Source: an uncultured Bacteroidales bacterium (lineage in GTDB: Bacteria > Bacteroidota > Bacteroidia > Bacteroidales > UBA12077). Taken from it: a DNA stretch of 56,739 nucleotides. Numbering within the stretch: the stretch's first letter is position 1; each line of letters opens with the position of its first letter. The position numbers and the translations under genes were made by a program. Below the pieces are notes generated by a model, which was not told the origin of the DNA, did not search any database, and saw only the letters and a list, made by a program, of their open reading frames with translations. Below, in pieces: positions 27,508-37,907 of the stretch. The DNA lies in NCBI GenBank assembly GCA_964399175.1, contig CAYNPZ010000001.1, positions 1 through 56,739 of the forward strand, written 5' to 3'.

Positions 27508-29349
27508 TTATTTAAAAAGCTTTTCTATTTCCTCAGTTTTGATAAAAGAGACCACTTTCAGGCCATCCGGCGTGTAATTTGGAGCCGAACAAGCAAACAG
27601 TCTGTCCAGCAGCTCACGCATCTCTTCATGTTCAAGCACCCTTCCGTACTGAATGGCTGTTGCCCTGGCCAGGCTGAGCGCAATCCTTTCCATAAGGCTT
27701 TCACCGAAATCTTTGTTATCCGCATATTGTTCCAGCAAAGATTCCACTACCATGGAAGGATTTGTTATCTCCGATTCTGCCGGTATACCCTTTACTTCTA
27801 TGGTATTGGACGGCTTCAGCCGGATCACAATCCCAATTTTTTTCACTTCATCTTTTATCTCTTTTAGCAAATTATAATCTGAATTGTTCAATTGAATTTC
27901 TTCGGGGTACAATTGTTTTTGTACGACGCCTGATCTATTCCCTTGTGTTTGAAGATAATATTCATATAAAATCCTCGTATGAGCCCGGTGCTGATTGATA
28001 ATCATCAAACCCGACTTAACGGGTGTCATGATATATCGTTCCTTAAACTGTAAAAATTTCGATGCATCCCGGCTCTCCGTGGCATCTGACTTTGCTCCGC
28101 TCCCGGCCTGAGAGGTCAGTGTTATGGTTCTCTGTCCGGGAGGCTGTTCAAAATCCTGGTAGAGGCTTTCCCAGTTTTTAAGATTTTCTTTATCTATACT
28201 ACTCCGCTTGTTATTAGGATTATCTGAGGAGCCACTTCCCTTCTCAAAAGGATTGTAATCGGGATCAACCTCAATTGAGGGGGGAGTAACTTCTCTGTTC
28301 TTTTTCAGCGGGGGAATTCCTATATTGCCTTTCTGGTCAAAATCAAGGGAAGGAACAATGTTGTTCTTGCCCAGTGCCTCCTTCACTGAAGCATTCAATA
28401 TTTGCCAAATGGCCTGCTGATCTTCAAATTTTACCTCTGTTTTTGTTGGATGAATATTGATATCAATTGTGTCGGCAGGTACTTTCAGATTAATAAAATA
28501 AGCCGGAAGGGTTCCCTGCGGAATGATCTTCTCATAGGCGTCCATTATGGCCTTGTGGAGATAGGGGTTCTTCATGAAGCGGGAATTCACGAAGAAAAAT
28601 TGTTCATAGCCCCTTTTTTTTGCCTTTTCCGGACGGCCGATGTAGCCCTGGATGGTTACAATACGGGTTTCGGATCGCACCGGTATAAGGTTATCCCGCA
28701 TGGTTTCACCAAAAACATCCACGATCCTCTTGCCAAATTTGGCGGGATTCAGTTTATAGAGCAAAACGTTGTTATGGATCAGAGAGAATGTCAAATCGGT
28801 GTTTGCAAGGGCAACCCTTTTAAACTCCTGAATGATATGGTTCATTTCAGTGGAATTCTTCTTAAGGAATTTCCTCCTGGCGGGAACATTATAAAACAGG
28901 TTTTTCACTATAAAGTTGCTTCCATCGGGGCATTGGGTAGGTTCCTGCTCAATTACCTCTGATCCTTCTATCCTGATGCGGGTTCCGATTTCGTCTTCTT
29001 TTCGCTTGGTTTTAAGCTCGATATGGGAAATGGCTGCAACCGAGGCCAGGGCTTCTCCCCTGAATCCAATGGTTTGAATGGAAAATAAATCCTCTGCGGC
29101 ATGTATCTTTGAAGTAGAATGACGTTCAAAGGCAAGTCTTGCATCGGTAGGCGACAGACCTGCTCCGTCATCTATAACCTGTATAGAAGTTCTCCCCGCA
29201 TCTTTAACAACGATCTTTATCTCTGAGGCGCCGGCATCAATGCTGTTCTCCATCAATTCCTTAACTACAGAAGCCGGACGCTGGATTACCTCCCCTGCTG
29301 CAATCTGGTTTGCTACCGAATCGGGTAATACCTGTATGATATCTGCCAT
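27508..29349 (-). CDS. mutL: DNA mismatch repair protein MutL
   Basis: 613 aa. IAAGEVIQRPASVVKELMENSIDAG, DDGAGL and GFRGEALAS motifs. Confidence 0.95.
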   Translation of the reverse strand: MADIIQVLPDSVANQIAAGEVIQRPASVVKELMENSIDAGASEIKIVVKDAGRTSIQVIDDGAGLSPTDARLAFERHSTSKIHAAEDLFSIQTIGFRGEALASVAAISHIELKTKRKEDEIGTRIRIEGSEVIEQEPTQCPDGSNFIVKNLFYNVPARRKFLKKNSTEMNHIIQEFKRVALANTDLTFSLIHNNVLLYKLNPAKFGKRIVDVFGETMRDNLIPVRSETRIVTIQGYIGRPEKAKKRGYEQFFFVNSRFMKNPYLHKAIMDAYEKIIPQGTLPAYFINLKVPADTIDINIHPTKTEVKFEDQQAIWQILNASVKEALGKNNIVPSLDFDQKGNIGIPPLKKNREVTPPSIEVDPDYNPFEKGSGSSDNPNNKRSSIDKENLKNWESLYQDFEQPPGQRTITLTSQAGSGAKSDATESRDASKFLQFKERYIMTPVKSGLMIINQHRAHTRILYEYYLQTQGNRSGVVQKQLYPEEIQLNNSDYNLLKEIKDEVKKIGIVIRLKPSNTIEVKGIPAESEITNPSMVVESLLEQYADNKDFGESLMERIALSLARATAIQYGRVLEHEEMRELLDRLFACSAPNYTPDGLKVVSFIKTEEIEKLFK

Positions 29350-29363
29350 TTACTGCTGGTTTC

Positions 29364-29651
29364 TCAGATCCGCAAAAGCATATAGGTAAGAAATAACAGA
29401 AATGCCAAAACCACTAACATGAGCGATGTTGAGGTTCTTTTGCGTTTCTTGTTGACCACCTTTAAATGCCTGCGCATCTCTCCCTTAATTTGAGGTACGT
29501 AGACATCTTTATTGGCTTTATCCTCTTCAAGGCCCAGTTCCCTGTCGATCCGGCGCTTCCTTCTTTCCAGCTCCTCCTTTCTTTCATCATAAAAACGGGG
29601 CTGATAATTATACTTCCTGCCTCTCGGCAAATAAAAGAATCTAATGGGCAT
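29364..29651 (-). CDS. hypothetical tail-anchored small basic protein
   Basis: I prefer the internal ATG (MPIRFFYLPRGRKY...), which has a -7 box 20 nt upstream. C-terminal TM helix LMLVVLAFLLFLTYMLL. Confidence 0.5.
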   Translation of the reverse strand: MPIRFFYLPRGRKYNYQPRFYDERKEELERRKRRIDRELGLEEDKANKDVYVPQIKGEMRRHLKVVNKKRKRTSTSLMLVVLAFLLFLTYMLLRI

Positions 29652-29670
29652 AACTGAAAACTTTAAGGTG

Positions 29671-29678
29671 CAAAAGTA
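29671..29678 (-). promoter_or_regulatory. -7 promoter box (TAnnTTTG on the minus strand)
   Basis: Plus-strand CAAAAGTA equals minus-strand TACTTTTG, 20 nt upstream of the ATG at 29651. Confidence 0.4.
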
Positions 29679-29747
29679 TTCAATATTTTTTGAAATTAAT
29701 ACGCAAGCAATCATTTAATTATTGTTCAGACTATTAATTTAATAAAT

Positions 29748-29793
29748 AAGGCTGTCCACAAAAAAGACTCATTTAGCTTTTTCGGACAGCCTT
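29748..29793 (-). terminator. stem-loop downstream of the RND efflux operon
   Basis: AAGGCTGTCC (29748..29757) pairs with GGACAGCCTT (29784..29793) across a 26-nt loop. An AT-rich tract follows on the minus strand. It lies 25 nt after the RND stop. Confidence 0.45.
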
Positions 29794-29817
29794 ATCCTGA
29801 CAGAAGATAAATCTTAA

Positions 29818-32800
29818 CTATTCATTGTTTGAAGTGTCAGCTATTTTATGCTCCATATTAAACAGTTTTAGCAATCGCTTCTGGATTACAATCGATATAC
29901 GATACATTACAGGTACGATCACAAGGGTGAGAAACGTGGCAAAGGTCAGACCGAATATCACAGTCCAGGATATCGGACCCCAGAATTTGACCATATTGCC
30001 ACCAAAATATAATTGTGGATCGAATTCACTCAACAATGTGCCGAAATCCATATTTAACCCGATGGCCAAGGGCAACAGGCCGAGAATGGTGGTTATGGCA
30101 GTAAGCAATACCGGACGCAGACGGGTTTTACCACCCTGAACCACGCAATCGGTTGCCTCATGAGCTGGTAAATAGGCATCTTCTTCAAGGCCCAGTTCTT
30201 TTCGCTTCCTCTTTTTCAACAATTCAATGTAATCCACCAGCACAATGGCATTGTTTACCACAATACCTGCCAGAGAGACTATGCCTATTCCTGTCATCAC
30301 CACCACAATATCCATGTTGAATATGCCGATGCCCAGAAATACTCCGATAGTACTGAATATGACGCTGGAAATGATAATCAGTGGCTTGACCAATGAGTTA
30401 AACTGGGTTACCAGAATGATCATAATCAGAACGGCTGCAATGATCAAAGCCCGGATAAGGAAAGCCATTGATTCCTGTTGTTCTTCCTGTTCCCCTGTAA
30501 ATTCGTAATTATACCCTTCAGGCATATCGTAGTTGGCCAGGATGGTTTTCAACTGGTTATTGATCTCAGTAGCATTGTATCCTTCCATTACATTGGAATA
30601 CAGTGTGATCACCCGGTCAAGATCTTTTCGTTTAACTGCTCCATAGGTGGTGCTGTATTCCACATCAGCCACCGAAGATATGGGAATATTCACCACTTCG
30701 CCATTATTGCGCAAAGTCAGTTTCTGATTCATCAGGGTGGAAAGATCATAACGTTGAGGTTCCTGCATCCTGAGTTGTATGGGATACTCATCCTCACCCA
30801 CCTTAAAATCGGAGATATCCTGCCCAAACAGGGAAGTTCTGATCTGATTGGCAATTTGCATGGTCGATAAGCCAAAGCGACGGGCTTTTTCCCTGTCGAT
30901 GTGAACCAGAATTTCCGGTTTACCTACATCCAGGTCCATTTTCAGACCTTCGATACCGGGAATGCTTTCACGTTCAATTCTTTGCCGGATATTTCCCGTC
31001 AGCTGGATCAACCGATTAAACTCCTGGCCGCTTATTTCAATATTGATCGGGTTTCCTGTTGGAGGTCCCATCTGGTTCTTCTCTATGGAGATCTGAGCTC
31101 CCGGATATCTGCCGATGAGATAATCGCTTAAGCCAGCCATAATATTGGAGGTGTTCACACCACCCCGGAATTCATAATCAACAAACGAAATGGTGGTAAG
31201 TCCAATATTAGGTGTTCCGCTGGCCGTAATTCCCTCCCCGGCTCCACTGCCTACTGTGGTAAGCACTGATTCAACAGTTTTATCATGCGGTTCCAGATAT
31301 TCAATGACATCATCTTCCACAATGTGCATCAATGAGTCAGTAGCCTGGATATCTGTACCTACAGGCATTTCAGCTCTCACATTAATATAATCAGGGTCAT
31401 TATCAGGGAAAAACAATATATCAGGCTGACGTAAGCCCAGGAAGATAATAACCAGTATCAACGCAAAGAAGGTTCCAATAAAAAATTTCACCGGATTCTT
31501 CTTATGAAGCGCAAATTGCAGCAATTCCAGATAGGCATTTTCCAAACGGACCAGAAATACGTTCTGGAACAGATACTGGGCCCTGTGAAAAAAGAGGGCA
31601 TTTAAAAATATGATCAACGAAATGATCAGAAGGATATTGGCAATGGAATAAACCCTTACAAGATAAAAGATTCCTGCAATGGCCGCCAGTACAGCAACAA
31701 TGCGGTAATTTTTATGCTTATCAATTTTACCGTCATTTTTCATCTTGCCATATTTTATGAATGTAGCTGCAAGTACCGGTATGATCACCAAAGCCACAAA
31801 CAGCGAAGAGGTGAGAACGATAATGAGCGTAATGGGCAGATTTTTCATGAATTCACCAGTAATCCCTCCCCAGAAAGCGAGAGGCAGAAAAGCCGAAAGG
31901 GTGGTTATGGTCGAGGTAATGATGGGCAGGGCAATCTCTCCAACGGCCTGGCGGGCCCCATCATAGGGTTTATATCCCCTGTCATGTACAAAGCGGTAAA
32001 TATTTTCCACCACCACAATGGCATTGTCCACCAAAAGCCCAAGGGCAAGGATCAGTGAGAAGAGGACAATCATGTTGATCCGCCCGGCAATCAATGCCAA
32101 TACGATAAATGAAAGAAACATGGACATGGGGATGGCAGTACCCACAAACAAGGCATTTTTGGTGCCCAGAAAATAATAAAGTACAAGAACTACAAAAATC
32201 ACACCCAGGATGATCGAATTTTCCAGGTTATTAAGCTGTTTCCGGATCATGTCACTTTGATCGTTCGTAATGGTAATTTTCAGATCCTCAGGTATCTGAC
32301 GTTCCTCCTGGGCACGATCCAAAATGTCAAATATCTGATCGGTGGCAGCAAGAAGGTTTTCTCCGCTTTTTTTAATCACCTGCAGGGAAACTACCGGATT
32401 CTTATCGAGTCTTGTATAGCTGTCAGGGTAAGCATATCCCATACTGACATGAGCCAAATCTTTAAGATAAACCAGCTTATCATCATTATTCTGAACGATA
32501 ATGTTCCTGATTTCCGTAACATCCTCAAATTCTCCTATAGTACGAACGGAACGTGTGGATCGGCTGAACCTAAGCTCTCCACCGGGTATTGAGACGTTTT
32601 CATTTTGAATGGCCGATTGTATATCAAAGAAACTAACTCCTGTGGCCTCCATCTTATGAGGATCAACATTGACCTTGATCTCTCTCTCATTTACTCCCTG
32701 GATATCGACCCCGGAGATCTGGTCGATCTCTTCAAACTCATCTTCCAGGTATTCCCCATATTCATTCAGAGCATCAATACTGTAATTTCCTGATAAATTA

Positions 32801-33270
32801 ATGTTTATAATGGGAAACTCTGAGAAATCAATATCCTGTACGGTAGGATCGGTCTGAAGATCCTCCGGCAATTCTCTTTCAGCCTTGTCAACAGCGTCTT
32901 TGACATCCTGAAGTGCCTTATCGATATTCACATCGGTGTTGAATTCAACAAGGATTAAAGAAAAACCTTGCGAAGAAGTAGAATTGATTTCCTGAATCCC
33001 GTCAACACTCTCTATTTCTTTCTCGAGCGGACGGGTAATCAAATTCTCCATGTCGATCGGCGGATTTCCGGCATAAGGCGTTTGAACCATAATGGTGGGA
33101 ATGACTACTTCGGGAGTTAGTTCTTTTGGCAGGTTATTGTATGAAAAAATGCCAAAACCCAGAATAGCCAATGCCAAAAGTAAAATGGTATTCCTGTTGT
33201 TCAGCGCAAGTGTTGTGAGTTTAAATTCTCGGTCAATCCTTTTTAAGAGTGTATCGTTTTCTTTAGCCAT
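29818..33270 (-). CDS. RND efflux transporter permease (AcrB/HAE family), unusually long
   Basis: 1150 aa. Typical RND N-terminus, paired periplasmic loops and TM bundles (GLLVDNAIVVVENI, GIVVNNAIVLVDYI). There is an extra hydrophobic insertion between the two halves. Confidence 0.93.
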   Translation of the reverse strand: MAKENDTLLKRIDREFKLTTLALNNRNTILLLALAILGFGIFSYNNLPKELTPEVVIPTIMVQTPYAGNPPIDMENLITRPLEKEIESVDGIQEINSTSSQGFSLILVEFNTDVNIDKALQDVKDAVDKAERELPEDLQTDPTVQDIDFSEFPIININLSGNYSIDALNEYGEYLEDEFEEIDQISGVDIQGVNEREIKVNVDPHKMEATGVSFFDIQSAIQNENVSIPGGELRFSRSTRSVRTIGEFEDVTEIRNIIVQNNDDKLVYLKDLAHVSMGYAYPDSYTRLDKNPVVSLQVIKKSGENLLAATDQIFDILDRAQEERQIPEDLKITITNDQSDMIRKQLNNLENSIILGVIFVVLVLYYFLGTKNALFVGTAIPMSMFLSFIVLALIAGRINMIVLFSLILALGLLVDNAIVVVENIYRFVHDRGYKPYDGARQAVGEIALPIITSTITTLSAFLPLAFWGGITGEFMKNLPITLIIVLTSSLFVALVIIPVLAATFIKYGKMKNDGKIDKHKNYRIVAVLAAIAGIFYLVRVYSIANILLIISLIIFLNALFFHRAQYLFQNVFLVRLENAYLELLQFALHKKNPVKFFIGTFFALILVIIFLGLRQPDILFFPDNDPDYINVRAEMPVGTDIQATDSLMHIVEDDVIEYLEPHDKTVESVLTTVGSGAGEGITASGTPNIGLTTISFVDYEFRGGVNTSNIMAGLSDYLIGRYPGAQISIEKNQMGPPTGNPINIEISGQEFNRLIQLTGNIRQRIERESIPGIEGLKMDLDVGKPEILVHIDREKARRFGLSTMQIANQIRTSLFGQDISDFKVGEDEYPIQLRMQEPQRYDLSTLMNQKLTLRNNGEVVNIPISSVADVEYSTTYGAVKRKDLDRVITLYSNVMEGYNATEINNQLKTILANYDMPEGYNYEFTGEQEEQQESMAFLIRALIIAAVLIMIILVTQFNSLVKPLIIISSVIFSTIGVFLGIGIFNMDIVVVMTGIGIVSLAGIVVNNAIVLVDYIELLKKRKRKELGLEEDAYLPAHEATDCVVQGGKTRLRPVLLTAITTILGLLPLAIGLNMDFGTLLSEFDPQLYFGGNMVKFWGPISWTVIFGLTFATFLTLVIVPVMYRISIVIQKRLLKLFNMEHKIADTSNNE

Positions 33271-33307
33271 TGTTATCTTTTTTTCTCAAATTACATCTCA
33301 AATGCTA

Positions 33308-34456
33308 CTAATCAGCAACCTCTTCCTTTTGCTTTACTTCAACCCGGCTACCTTCGGAAACCTGGGTATAACCGGAAGTGATGACTTCCTGCCCTACTTC
33401 TAATCCATCTGGTATCATGGTTTCATTATTATAGGATCTTCCCGTACTAACATAAACCTTATGGGCAACCTTTGCATCCTGCTCATCCTGTAAGATGTAA
33501 ACATAGTCGCCCTGCATATCCTGCTTAATCACATTGGCAGGGACAACAAGCGCACTGTCATTCATGTAATCCCTGACATTTACAATAGAGATCTGATTGG
33601 GCTTGATCTTTTCATCGTAATTGTTAATTTTGGCTTCGATTGCAAAAGTCCTGCTTTCTTTATCAACGACGCTGCCTTTTCTTGTTATGGGCACTGTTTT
33701 GACCATTCCCGGATATGCGGGAAAACTGATATTAACCCTATCTCCTTCGTGTACATTAGCCATGTATTGTTCAGCCAATTCCGCTTCCACTTTTAGTTTC
33801 TGCAGATTGACCAAATGAAGTATTTGAATTCCGGGGGTTCCCAGCTCACCTACTTTTTGATTGATCTGCTCAACAATGCCATTAAAGGGAGCGTGGATTT
33901 CAGACATGTCAAGCTGTTCATTAAGTGTCTCCAGCCGGTTTTCCAGTGACTCCTTTCTGTTTTTGGCCTCGAGATATTGCATTTCAGATCCCACGCTGTC
34001 TTCCCAAAGCCGCTTCTGTTTCTGAAAGGTTTCTCTGGCCAGTTCCAGGTTGGTTTTTACCTCTTCAATGTTGCTCTCTATTACACTAGTCTTCAGTTTG
34101 GCCATCAGCTCGCCTTTTTTCACACGCTCACCCTCCTCAACATAAATCCGGGTAATCTGACCATTGGTTTCCGGGCTGATAAAAGCTTCCTGAACAGCTT
34201 CAACCGCACCGTTGGCATTGATAAAGTGACTGAAAGTGTCGGGCTTCATTTCCTTCACAAAAACGGGTATCTGATAGGTTCCTTCTGTCTCCACTCCTTT
34301 GGTTTCCAATTGTTCATTCAGTTGATTGATTTTCTGCTGAAGCTCATTCTTTTCCTTTTTGTATTGAGCTATCTGTTTTCTGATGTCATCCCTGCTGGTA
34401 TCCTTACTACACGCAAAAACTGTCAAGACAAGGATGAATACAACAAATTTTCTCAT
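33308..34456 (-). CDS. RND efflux periplasmic adaptor (membrane fusion protein)
   Basis: 382 aa. Lipobox LTVFACS, a coiled-coil hairpin, and barrel-sandwich motifs (ISPETNGQITRIYVEEGERVKKGELM). Confidence 0.9.
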   Translation of the reverse strand: MRKFVVFILVLTVFACSKDTSRDDIRKQIAQYKKEKNELQQKINQLNEQLETKGVETEGTYQIPVFVKEMKPDTFSHFINANGAVEAVQEAFISPETNGQITRIYVEEGERVKKGELMAKLKTSVIESNIEEVKTNLELARETFQKQKRLWEDSVGSEMQYLEAKNRKESLENRLETLNEQLDMSEIHAPFNGIVEQINQKVGELGTPGIQILHLVNLQKLKVEAELAEQYMANVHEGDRVNISFPAYPGMVKTVPITRKGSVVDKESRTFAIEAKINNYDEKIKPNQISIVNVRDYMNDSALVVPANVIKQDMQGDYVYILQDEQDAKVAHKVYVSTGRSYNNETMIPDGLEVGQEVITSGYTQVSEGSRVEVKQKEEVAD

Positions 34457-34483
34457 TATTACTGTTATTTTTAAAAGGTTTAA

Positions 34484-35929
34484 TTACAACTCGTTTCTTA
34501 TCTTCTCAAGTTCTGTTTTGGCATTTAATAGTTCCACCAAAGTGTTGATATAATTCGATTCGGTGTTTAAATAATCACGATTTGCCTGTGTCAGCTCCAT
34601 GCTGCTGGCCATTCCTTCTGAAAACTTTTTGGAGATCCTGTTGTACACTTTTTTGGCGAGCTCCATATTTTCCTTGGATGTCTGCATCTTGTCATAAGCA
34701 GTTTCATAATTGTTTTCGGCCTGGATATAACGATTTACCAAATTTTTGCGGGTATTGGCCAGATTGTTCTTTGATTTTTTAAGATTCAGCCTGGCTTGCT
34801 GGACCCGGGAGATTTTTTGTCCACTGTTAAAGATGGGCAGGCTTAGCTCAAAACCCAGGGTGCTGGATTCAAACCATTTGCCCTCCGGGTCCAGCGGATT
34901 GAACTTATTCCGCATGGCATTTTCACGAAAATTATAGAATGCAGAAAGTGTGGGAAGAAATTGCGCCTTTTCCCTCTTCAGATCAAGCTCCGATAATTTT
35001 ACCTGAGTATCCATCAACTGATAGTTGACATTTTCCGAGACATTGAATTCTTTTTGCACTGTCTCCTTCATTGCTGTTTCCATAACAATTTCCTGCAAAG
35101 ATTGGGTGAGTTTGACAGGTTGATCCAGTTCTAAACCCAGCTGGATTTTCAGCAAGTTATGAAACTGTTCCAGTTGTCGTTGTGTTGTTTTGATGGAATT
35201 TTCAAGAGTAGACAGAGATATCTGAATCTTTTCCACCTCTGTTTGTTCTATCATGCCATTTTCATAAAGTGCCCTGGACTCCTTAAGGGATTTTTTCAGG
35301 CTGGCCATATTCTGTTTGAGAATATCAACATTCCGGCGAGTTAACAAAATGGAATGATAGGTGCGGGCAACATTGGCTTTTGCTTCCTGCCTGGATTTCT
35401 GGTATTGCTGTTTGGAAAGTCCCTTATAAGTCTGAGCAGCCTGCAATCCTACAATATACGGTCCACTGAAAATCAACTGGCTGACAGATAAACTCCCTCC
35501 GAATGTATGCTGGCTGCCAAACTGAACCTCTATTTTCTCAGGCTCCGGTATAGGCTGCTGATCGATGACTCCTTCTTCCATAAGAATCTGAAGTATGGTA
35601 GGCTCAATAAAATTGGGAAACAACTGCGTGCTTAAACTTAGATTATTATTATAGGAGCTACTTGCATTGATCTGAGGCAGACCTCTTGCGGTAGTCTCCC
35701 ATACCTCTTTATCCGCTATTTCTACATCAATCTCAGAATTCTGAACCTGCGTATTGTGCTCCATGGCGTAATCCTGCGCCTCCTGTATAGTGAATCTCAA
35801 TGTATCTTCCCCTTCCTGGGCATTCAAATTACCCCCAAAAAGCAGAACAATGGATAATAAGACCGCAGTTTTCATCATGTTTGGCTTCATATGGATACAA
35901 TTTTTAATATATGTCTTTTTTATCTTCAA
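34484..35929 (-). CDS. TolC-family outer membrane efflux protein
   Basis: 481 aa. The start is probably at the internal MKPNMMKTAVLL (around 35890). Signal peptide followed by duplicated coiled-coil/beta repeats. Confidence 0.88.
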   Translation of the reverse strand: MKIKKTYIKNCIHMKPNMMKTAVLLSIVLLFGGNLNAQEGEDTLRFTIQEAQDYAMEHNTQVQNSEIDVEIADKEVWETTARGLPQINASSSYNNNLSLSTQLFPNFIEPTILQILMEEGVIDQQPIPEPEKIEVQFGSQHTFGGSLSVSQLIFSGPYIVGLQAAQTYKGLSKQQYQKSRQEAKANVARTYHSILLTRRNVDILKQNMASLKKSLKESRALYENGMIEQTEVEKIQISLSTLENSIKTTQRQLEQFHNLLKIQLGLELDQPVKLTQSLQEIVMETAMKETVQKEFNVSENVNYQLMDTQVKLSELDLKREKAQFLPTLSAFYNFRENAMRNKFNPLDPEGKWFESSTLGFELSLPIFNSGQKISRVQQARLNLKKSKNNLANTRKNLVNRYIQAENNYETAYDKMQTSKENMELAKKVYNRISKKFSEGMASSMELTQANRDYLNTESNYINTLVELLNAKTELEKIRNEL

Positions 35930-36533
35930 ATTCTTTCAGTTTCCAGTTAAAAAATTTTACCCCTTCTCCATTGGCAATACCATGAATGTGATATATCATC
36001 ATTTCCCTTATGAATCGCCAGGAAGTCAGTTCCTGAATGGTGAACATTTCATTGGCAAAACTATTCTCAATCCGGCTCACATGCACCCTGGCTATGATAT
36101 CTTCATCCAGCTTTTTTCTGTATAGTCCTTCCTCCTTACCTTTTTGAATATTCTCCTTAACAGCTTTATACATGTTATTCCTTCTCCGCTGCCTTAATTT
36201 GTTATAATGATCAGGATAATACTTTTTCAGATCAAATTCTGTTGACGGGTTATAATTCTGCAGCATCTCAATAACATGTTCATTCACAGCAAAAAGCTCC
36301 TCAATGGCATTTAGATCTTGTTTCTTTATTTCTTCCACATTACATTTGCGGCGTTCTGTCAGGAATTCCACATAATGATCAACCAGGTCGTCTTTATTGG
36401 CGACATATTTGTAGAGGGTTTTCTTTGACATCCCAAGTTCCCTGGCTACATCATCCATGGTCACGCTTTTTATGCCATATTGATTGTAGAGTTCACTGGC
36501 TTTTTCGATGATATGCTGATATTCCTGATTCAT
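35904..36533 (-). CDS. TetR/AcrR family transcriptional regulator
   Basis: 209 aa. HTH TMDDVARELGMSKKTLYKYV. First gene of the efflux operon. Confidence 0.9.
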   Translation of the reverse strand: MNQEYQHIIEKASELYNQYGIKSVTMDDVARELGMSKKTLYKYVANKDDLVDHYVEFLTERRKCNVEEIKKQDLNAIEELFAVNEHVIEMLQNYNPSTEFDLKKYYPDHYNKLRQRRRNNMYKAVKENIQKGKEEGLYRKKLDEDIIARVHVSRIENSFANEMFTIQELTSWRFIREMMIYHIHGIANGEGVKFFNWKLKEFEDKKDIY

Positions 36534-36564
36534 GCTGCAAATCTAATACAATAAACTTAGGAAA

Positions 36565-36572
36565 CAAAAATA
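36565..36572 (-). promoter_or_regulatory. -7 promoter box (TAnnTTTG on the minus strand) for the TetR-efflux operon
   Basis: Plus-strand CAAAAATA equals minus-strand TATTTTTG, 32 nt upstream of the TetR ATG. It is flanked by the inverted GAAAC/GTTTC pair. Confidence 0.4.
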
Positions 36573-36598
36573 ATATATAAAGTTTCTGCAGTTTTATG

Positions 36599-36608
36599 GT
36601 TTGCAAAC
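36599..36608. promoter_or_regulatory. candidate TetR operator palindrome
   Basis: Perfect 10-bp palindrome GTTTGCAAAC, about 30 nt upstream of the -7 box, at the expected -33 region. Confidence 0.25.
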
Positions 36609-36761
36609 AAATAAAAAGCAAATAATGTTCTTTCCGGTTAAATCAATATTAAACAATTGTGAACAGAGGGGGAACCTACCAAAAGTATATCAGGTGTATT
36701 CAATTATGGAATAAACCCAATCTTAATCCGGGATTACGATGGCTTTTATTTTTCGGTTTTT

Positions 36762-36769
36762 TAATTTTG
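36762..36769 (+). promoter_or_regulatory. -7 promoter box (TAnnTTTG) upstream of lpxK
   Basis: TAATTTTG lies 23 nt upstream of the ATG at 36792. Confidence 0.35.
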
Positions 36770-36791
36770 GGCCCATCAAATAAACCAATAA

Positions 36792-37907
36792 ATGAAAAAA
36801 TTAAGAATTATATTAGCCTTTCTCTTATTTCCATTAAGCATTATCTACGGCATTCTGGTTTTTTTCAGAAATAAGATGTATGATCAGGGTATTTTAAAAT
36901 CTCATTCGTTTAAAGTGCCCCTGATTTCGGTGGGCAACATCACAGTAGGCGGCACAGGCAAAACCCCCCATATTGAATACCTGGGCGGATTATTAAAGGA
37001 AGAATTTCGCCTGGCCATACTTAGCAGGGGATATAAAAGGAAGAGCAAAGGATTTCAGATCGTTGCCCCTGGTTCAGATGTTAAAACGGCCGGAGATGAA
37101 CCCTTACAGATCAAGAGGAAATATCCTGACATAACCGTAGCAGTGGATCGTAACAGGGTACACGGTGTACAGGCTTTGCGGGAGAATCAATCCAACCTTG
37201 ACCTGGTGCTTCTGGATGATGCTTTTCAGCACAGGAAGATAAAGGTGAATCTTTCCATACTTTTGATTGATTACAACCATCCCCTTAGCAAGGATTTCCT
37301 GCTTCCACTGGGAAATCTGAGAGAACAGGCTTACGAAAAAAGAAGGGCCAACATCATCATAATAACCAAATCGCCACCGGATCTACAACCCATTCAAAGA
37401 AGGGTTCTGTTGAAGAAACTGCGGCCTTATCCATATCAAAGCGTATTCTTTACTACTTATCATTATGGTTCCCCCAGGAATGTATTCGCTACAGATCAAG
37501 ATAATCAGAATATAAGCGGAAATAAAAGCATTCCCGGGAAGAATACCACGATCCTTCTTGTAACAGGTATAGCCAATCCCACCCTCTTAAAGAATCATGT
37601 AGAGGAAAATTACTCCTCCCGGATACAAACGCTTACATTTCCGGATCACAAATTTTATAGCGGGAGAGAGGTTAAAAAGATTCAACGGCATTTCGGCAAA
37701 ATCAAAGGGAAAAAGGCCATTTTCACCACGGAAAAAGATGCCGTAAGGTTCAGGGAATTATCTGATTTTCCTGAGGAGTTGAAAAAACAGATGTACTATA
37801 TACCCATAAACGTGAAATTCCTGAATAACCGAACCAGTGATTTCAACAGAGAAATTCTTGAATATGTTAGAAAAAATAAGAAACACAGTTTCCTTTATCC
37901 GGGATAA
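36792..37907 (+). CDS. lpxK: tetraacyldisaccharide 4'-kinase
   Basis: 371 aa. N-terminal anchor, VGNITVGGTGKTP P-loop, LLDDAFQH. Confidence 0.9.
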   Translation: MKKLRIILAFLLFPLSIIYGILVFFRNKMYDQGILKSHSFKVPLISVGNITVGGTGKTPHIEYLGGLLKEEFRLAILSRGYKRKSKGFQIVAPGSDVKTAGDEPLQIKRKYPDITVAVDRNRVHGVQALRENQSNLDLVLLDDAFQHRKIKVNLSILLIDYNHPLSKDFLLPLGNLREQAYEKRRANIIIITKSPPDLQPIQRRVLLKKLRPYPYQSVFFTTYHYGSPRNVFATDQDNQNISGNKSIPGKNTTILLVTGIANPTLLKNHVEENYSSRIQTLTFPDHKFYSGREVKKIQRHFGKIKGKKAIFTTEKDAVRFRELSDFPEELKKQMYYIPINVKFLNNRTSDFNREILEYVRKNKKHSFLYPG

